Of a stretch of 64,000 nucleotides of DNA, positions 61,106-64,000 are shown piece after piece; the stretch's first letter is position 1, and each line of letters opens with the position of its first letter. The position numbers and the translations under genes are program-made. This stretch comes from an uncultured Gammaproteobacteria bacterium (GTDB lineage: Bacteria; Patescibacteriota; Microgenomatia; Levybacterales; UBA12049), in the NCBI GenBank assembly GCA_964490105.1, contig CAZAZU010000001.1:86706-150705 (forward strand), written 5' to 3'. The notes under the pieces were generated by a model. The model saw nothing but the letters and a program-made list of their open reading frames with translations, had not been told where the DNA came from and did no database searches.

Positions 61106-62014
61106 ATGGGCCTTTTTAATTCAAAACAAAGCCAAACCCTGCATAATTTCCCCCCACTAAATACTGGAAATATCAAGAAAGAATTTGCGGGTTTAATCCT
61201 GAAGGGGCAGCCTAAAGGGCAATCGGGTCAGATTTTACTTATTGTTGTGCTTGCTGCTGTTGTTTCATTAACCGTAGGTTTATCCGCTGTTTCTAGAAGT
61301 ATTACAAATACAAATGTTACTACGGAAGAAGCAAATTCGCAAAAAGCTCTTTCAGCAGCTGAAGCAGGAGTCGAGCAGCTCATTAAGCAAAGAAATCCTG
61401 CAACTCTTGCAAACGAGCTTTCGGACGATTCAGGGTTTAGTGCGGAAGCTACTCCTATTCAAGGATATCAATTTAAATTAAACGGAGGTAATCAAGTTTT
61501 AAAGGATGATGGAGCGGATATCTGGCTAACGACATATCCTAATTTCGGAGGGACTCCATGGACAGGAACGCTTAGAATTTTTTGGGACAATAACGGGGGC
61601 GGATGCGGAACGACTGGTACAAACATCAACCCCGCTATAGAAGTAGTCTACATTAGCGGAAATAGAAATACGCCAGATATGACAAGAACTGTATTTGATG
61701 CATGTCCAAGCCGCGGAAATGGATTCATAAATCCTCCAAACCTAAGTGCGGCAGAGCGAACAGCGGATGGAAAAGTATATAGTCAGGCATTTGATTTAAA
61801 TGTAGCTCAGGGCTATATCATAAGAGTAATTCCTCTGTATGCAAATGCAGTAATGGGTGCGAGAGTTTTAGCTGGTCCTGGATTTCCGTCTCAAGGACAT
61901 ATTATTGATTCTGTGGGAACGAGCGGAAATACTAAAAGATCAGTAAGAGTATTTAAAGGATATCCAAAAATCCCTATCGAGTATTTTCCTTACAACCTTT
62001 TTCAAACTCAGTAA
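61106..62014 (+). CDS. PilX N-terminal-domain-like pilus assembly protein
   Basis: 302 aa. GQSGQILLIVVLAAVVSLTVGLSAVS...ALSAAEAGVEQL matches the PilX_N pattern (hydrophobic helix plus AAEAG). Confidence 0.45.
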   Translation: MGLFNSKQSQTLHNFPPLNTGNIKKEFAGLILKGQPKGQSGQILLIVVLAAVVSLTVGLSAVSRSITNTNVTTEEANSQKALSAAEAGVEQLIKQRNPATLANELSDDSGFSAEATPIQGYQFKLNGGNQVLKDDGADIWLTTYPNFGGTPWTGTLRIFWDNNGGGCGTTGTNINPAIEVVYISGNRNTPDMTRTVFDACPSRGNGFINPPNLSAAERTADGKVYSQAFDLNVAQGYIIRVIPLYANAVMGARVLAGPGFPSQGHIIDSVGTSGNTKRSVRVFKGYPKIPIEYFPYNLFQTQ

Positions 62015-62017
62015 TCT

Positions 62018-63061
62018 ATGAATAAAAAATCCTTCGGTTTAGATATCGGAATATCTACAATTAAAGCTGTAGAGCTAGGAGCAGATAAAAATGCTTTTAG
62101 GCTCAATGCGTGTATAGTTGTGCCAACTCCTGCCAAGGGAATGTTATCTGAATCTCCAGTTGACGAGGAGGAAATGGCTCAGGCAATTCATAGGGCTGTA
62201 AGTGATGCAGGGATTTCAACGAAAAATGTAAACGTAGCACTTCCTGAAAATCAAGTTTACACAAAAGTTGTAGAAATGCCATATTTGTCGGACAGGGAGC
62301 TGGCATCAGCAATTTATTGGGAAGCAGAGCAGTATATTCCTATTCCCCTAGCAAATGTTTCATTATCTTGGAATGTTATTAGAAGATCTGCAAAGCCTCA
62401 GCCAAATGAAAAAATGGAAGTTTTAATGGTGGGTGCTCCAAGTTTAATTGTAAAAAAATATCAAAAGATTATGTCCATGGCTGGTCTTTCTATAAGCACA
62501 ATGGAAACCGAAATAATTTCCTGTGTCAGAGCGCTAACTGCATTTATACCTCCAACTGCGGTTACACCGTCCATAATAGTAAACATAGGTGCAATTAGCA
62601 CATCTCTGGCAATTGTTATTGGTCATGATCTGGTATTTACCTACTCCCTGCCGATTGGAGGGTCAGCAATTAATAGAGCAATTTCTGCCGATTTTGGACT
62701 CTCAAGTGTCCAGGCGGAAGAATATAAGACAACTTATGGAATCGCAAAGGGGCCGTTAGGGCAGCGAATAGGTGCTGCCACAGAACCAATTATGTCATCA
62801 ATTCTTTCTGAGGTTAAAAAAGCCATAATTTATTACTCACAAAAATATAAGGATTCAAGAATAGAACAAATCATTCTTTCTGGAGAAAGTGCAAAACTTC
62901 CGGGAATCGACGCTTATTTTGCGAACAGCTCGGGAATTGAAGCGGTTGTCGCAAATCCGTGGAGATTTTTAGACCCTAATGCAGTTCCGAAAGAAATTCT
63001 GGATAAAGCCCCTGACTATTCAATTGCGGTAGGGCTCAGCTTGCGAGACTATGAGCATTGA
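62018..63061 (+). CDS. pilM: type IV pilus assembly protein PilM (actin-like ATPase fold)
   Basis: 347 aa. FGLDIGISTIKAVEL N-terminus. Ends in an SD-less overlap with the next gene. Confidence 0.75.
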   Translation: MNKKSFGLDIGISTIKAVELGADKNAFRLNACIVVPTPAKGMLSESPVDEEEMAQAIHRAVSDAGISTKNVNVALPENQVYTKVVEMPYLSDRELASAIYWEAEQYIPIPLANVSLSWNVIRRSAKPQPNEKMEVLMVGAPSLIVKKYQKIMSMAGLSISTMETEIISCVRALTAFIPPTAVTPSIIVNIGAISTSLAIVIGHDLVFTYSLPIGGSAINRAISADFGLSSVQAEEYKTTYGIAKGPLGQRIGAATEPIMSSILSEVKKAIIYYSQKYKDSRIEQIILSGESAKLPGIDAYFANSSGIEAVVANPWRFLDPNAVPKEILDKAPDYSIAVGLSLRDYEH

Positions 63062-63569
63062 TATAAATCTAGTAAATAAGAAAACCTCGGAAAGCGTAAA
63101 AGATTTAAGGCTTAAGAAGGTAAAAACTATCTCATTTGCCGTATTAATTGCTGTGGCGGTATCTTCTGTCTTGCTGTTTTTAATAAATTTAAGATTTTCT
63201 GTGAACTATGTTAAGGGTCAGCAAAATAAAATTATCGAGGCATTGTCAGCATATGATGAAACTACGTCAAAGATATTTATACTTCATCAAAGAGTTGAGG
63301 ATTTGTCCACGATAATTTCAGAAAGAAAGAAATATCATGATAAAACTGAGCTCATATTTAAGAATTTTCCAACGGGAATTAGCATAGAAGAATATGAAAT
63401 TGATGAAAGCGGAGTCATCTTGGGTGTAAGTTCAAATTCCCTTCTAGAGCTAGATACATTTTTAAATTATTTACTCGATTTAACAAAAACTAAAAAAATA
63501 ACATCTATCAGGATGACGGAGCTTGCTTCATCTGACGATGGATATTCGATGAAACTAGTTTTAAATTAA
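63051..63569 (+). CDS. pilN: PilN-like pilus assembly protein
   Basis: 172 aa. Single TM after a basic N-terminus, coiled periplasmic domain, position after pilM. Confidence 0.55.
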   Translation: MSIDINLVNKKTSESVKDLRLKKVKTISFAVLIAVAVSSVLLFLINLRFSVNYVKGQQNKIIEALSAYDETTSKIFILHQRVEDLSTIISERKKYHDKTELIFKNFPTGISIEEYEIDESGVILGVSSNSLLELDTFLNYLLDLTKTKKITSIRMTELASSDDGYSMKLVLN

Positions 63570-63570
63570 T

Positions 63571-64000
63571 ATGAATAAAAAATTTAGTCAAGAAAGGTTA
63601 ATGCTTTATTATTACGAAAATAAAGAATATTTAGTCCCTGTTTTAGCAATTTCTGTTTCTCTTTTATTATTTTTTGTATTCTTACTTCCTCAGATTCTAA
63701 CATTTCCTTCAAGAAAGCAGGCTATTGACTCGGAGAACGAGGTATTAAAAAAAATTCAAGAAACAGAGAGAATAGTTCTCTCAGAAGATTCAGAAGAGCT
63801 AGATTCCAAAATAAAAATAGCATCAAATGCGCTCCCCCCAGGTAAAAATTTCGAACAAATTTTAAATGGAATTTCTACAGCAGCTGCACTATCTGGAACA
63901 CAAATAGAGAACTATCAATTTCAAAATGTTGAACTCATGGATGATGTTGAGTCTAAGTATCCTAAGTTGGAATTTAAAGTTTCAATTATAGGAGATGCAC
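63571..64000 (+). CDS. PilO-like protein (3' partial, runs off window)
   Basis: ATG at 63571. TM (VPVLAISVSLLLFFVFLL) then a coiled region. Position after pilN. Confidence 0.4.
   Translation, partial: MNKKFSQERLMLYYYENKEYLVPVLAISVSLLLFFVFLLPQILTFPSRKQAIDSENEVLKKIQETERIVLSEDSEELDSKIKIASNALPPGKNFEQILNGISTAAALSGTQIENYQFQNVELMDDVESKYPKLEFKVSIIGDA

Overview
Low-GC (roughly 35-40% by eye), gene-dense window. By inference from gene content it looks like a small-genome, Patescibacteria/CPR-like chromosome segment. The genetic code is standard: TGA is clearly used as a stop, and long intact ORFs such as gyrA, gyrB and hppA are present.

Recognisable core genes:
- ychF
- rpsF-ssb-rpsR
- S41 C-terminal processing peptidase and an HtrA-type protease
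- murB
- Kef-type K+/H+ antiporter with RCK domain
- rpmE followed by an RF1-like release factor
- Nudix hydrolase
- hisS
- AI-2E and EamA transporters
- M24 aminopeptidase
- dnaB
- one tRNA (probably Leu-CAA, minus strand)
- Nif3-family protein
- efp
- MFS transporter
- RluA-family pseudouridine synthase
- yebC
- XerC/D-family tyrosine recombinase
- SIMPL protein
- folD
- gyrA, H+/Na+-pyrophosphatase (hppA), gyrB
- holB-like clamp-loader subunit
- a complete type IV pilus cluster: pilB, pilT, pilC, major pilin, pilD, four pseudopilins, a PilX-like protein, pilM, pilN and partial pilO

Accessory or unusual content:
1. An ApbE flavin-transferase module at 2983-5886: an FMN-binding-domain substrate protein, ApbE, and a polytopic membrane protein fused to an FNR-like FAD/NAD(P) reductase.
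2. A roughly 4.3 kb island (about 5890-10220) of hypothetical genes with visibly higher GC. It includes a SAM methyltransferase, a possible GNAT protein and a stand-alone receiver domain. Every gene sits directly behind a near-consensus TTGACA-N16/17-TATAAT promoter, with only 0-9 nt before the start codon.
3. A second higher-GC island (38985-40699) carrying a secreted SH3b protein. It is preceded by a 0.98 kb ORF-free stretch (38007-38984) that holds eight copies of GAGGCTA(A), three tandem GTGATATAG repeats, an inverted repeat, a perfect DnaA-box and an AT-rich block. It is followed by the xer-like gene.
4. Promoters fused to start codons recur across the window (pilin, pilB, L,D-transpeptidase and others), which suggests a largely leaderless transcript architecture.

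No CRISPR array, rRNA or obvious transposase was found.
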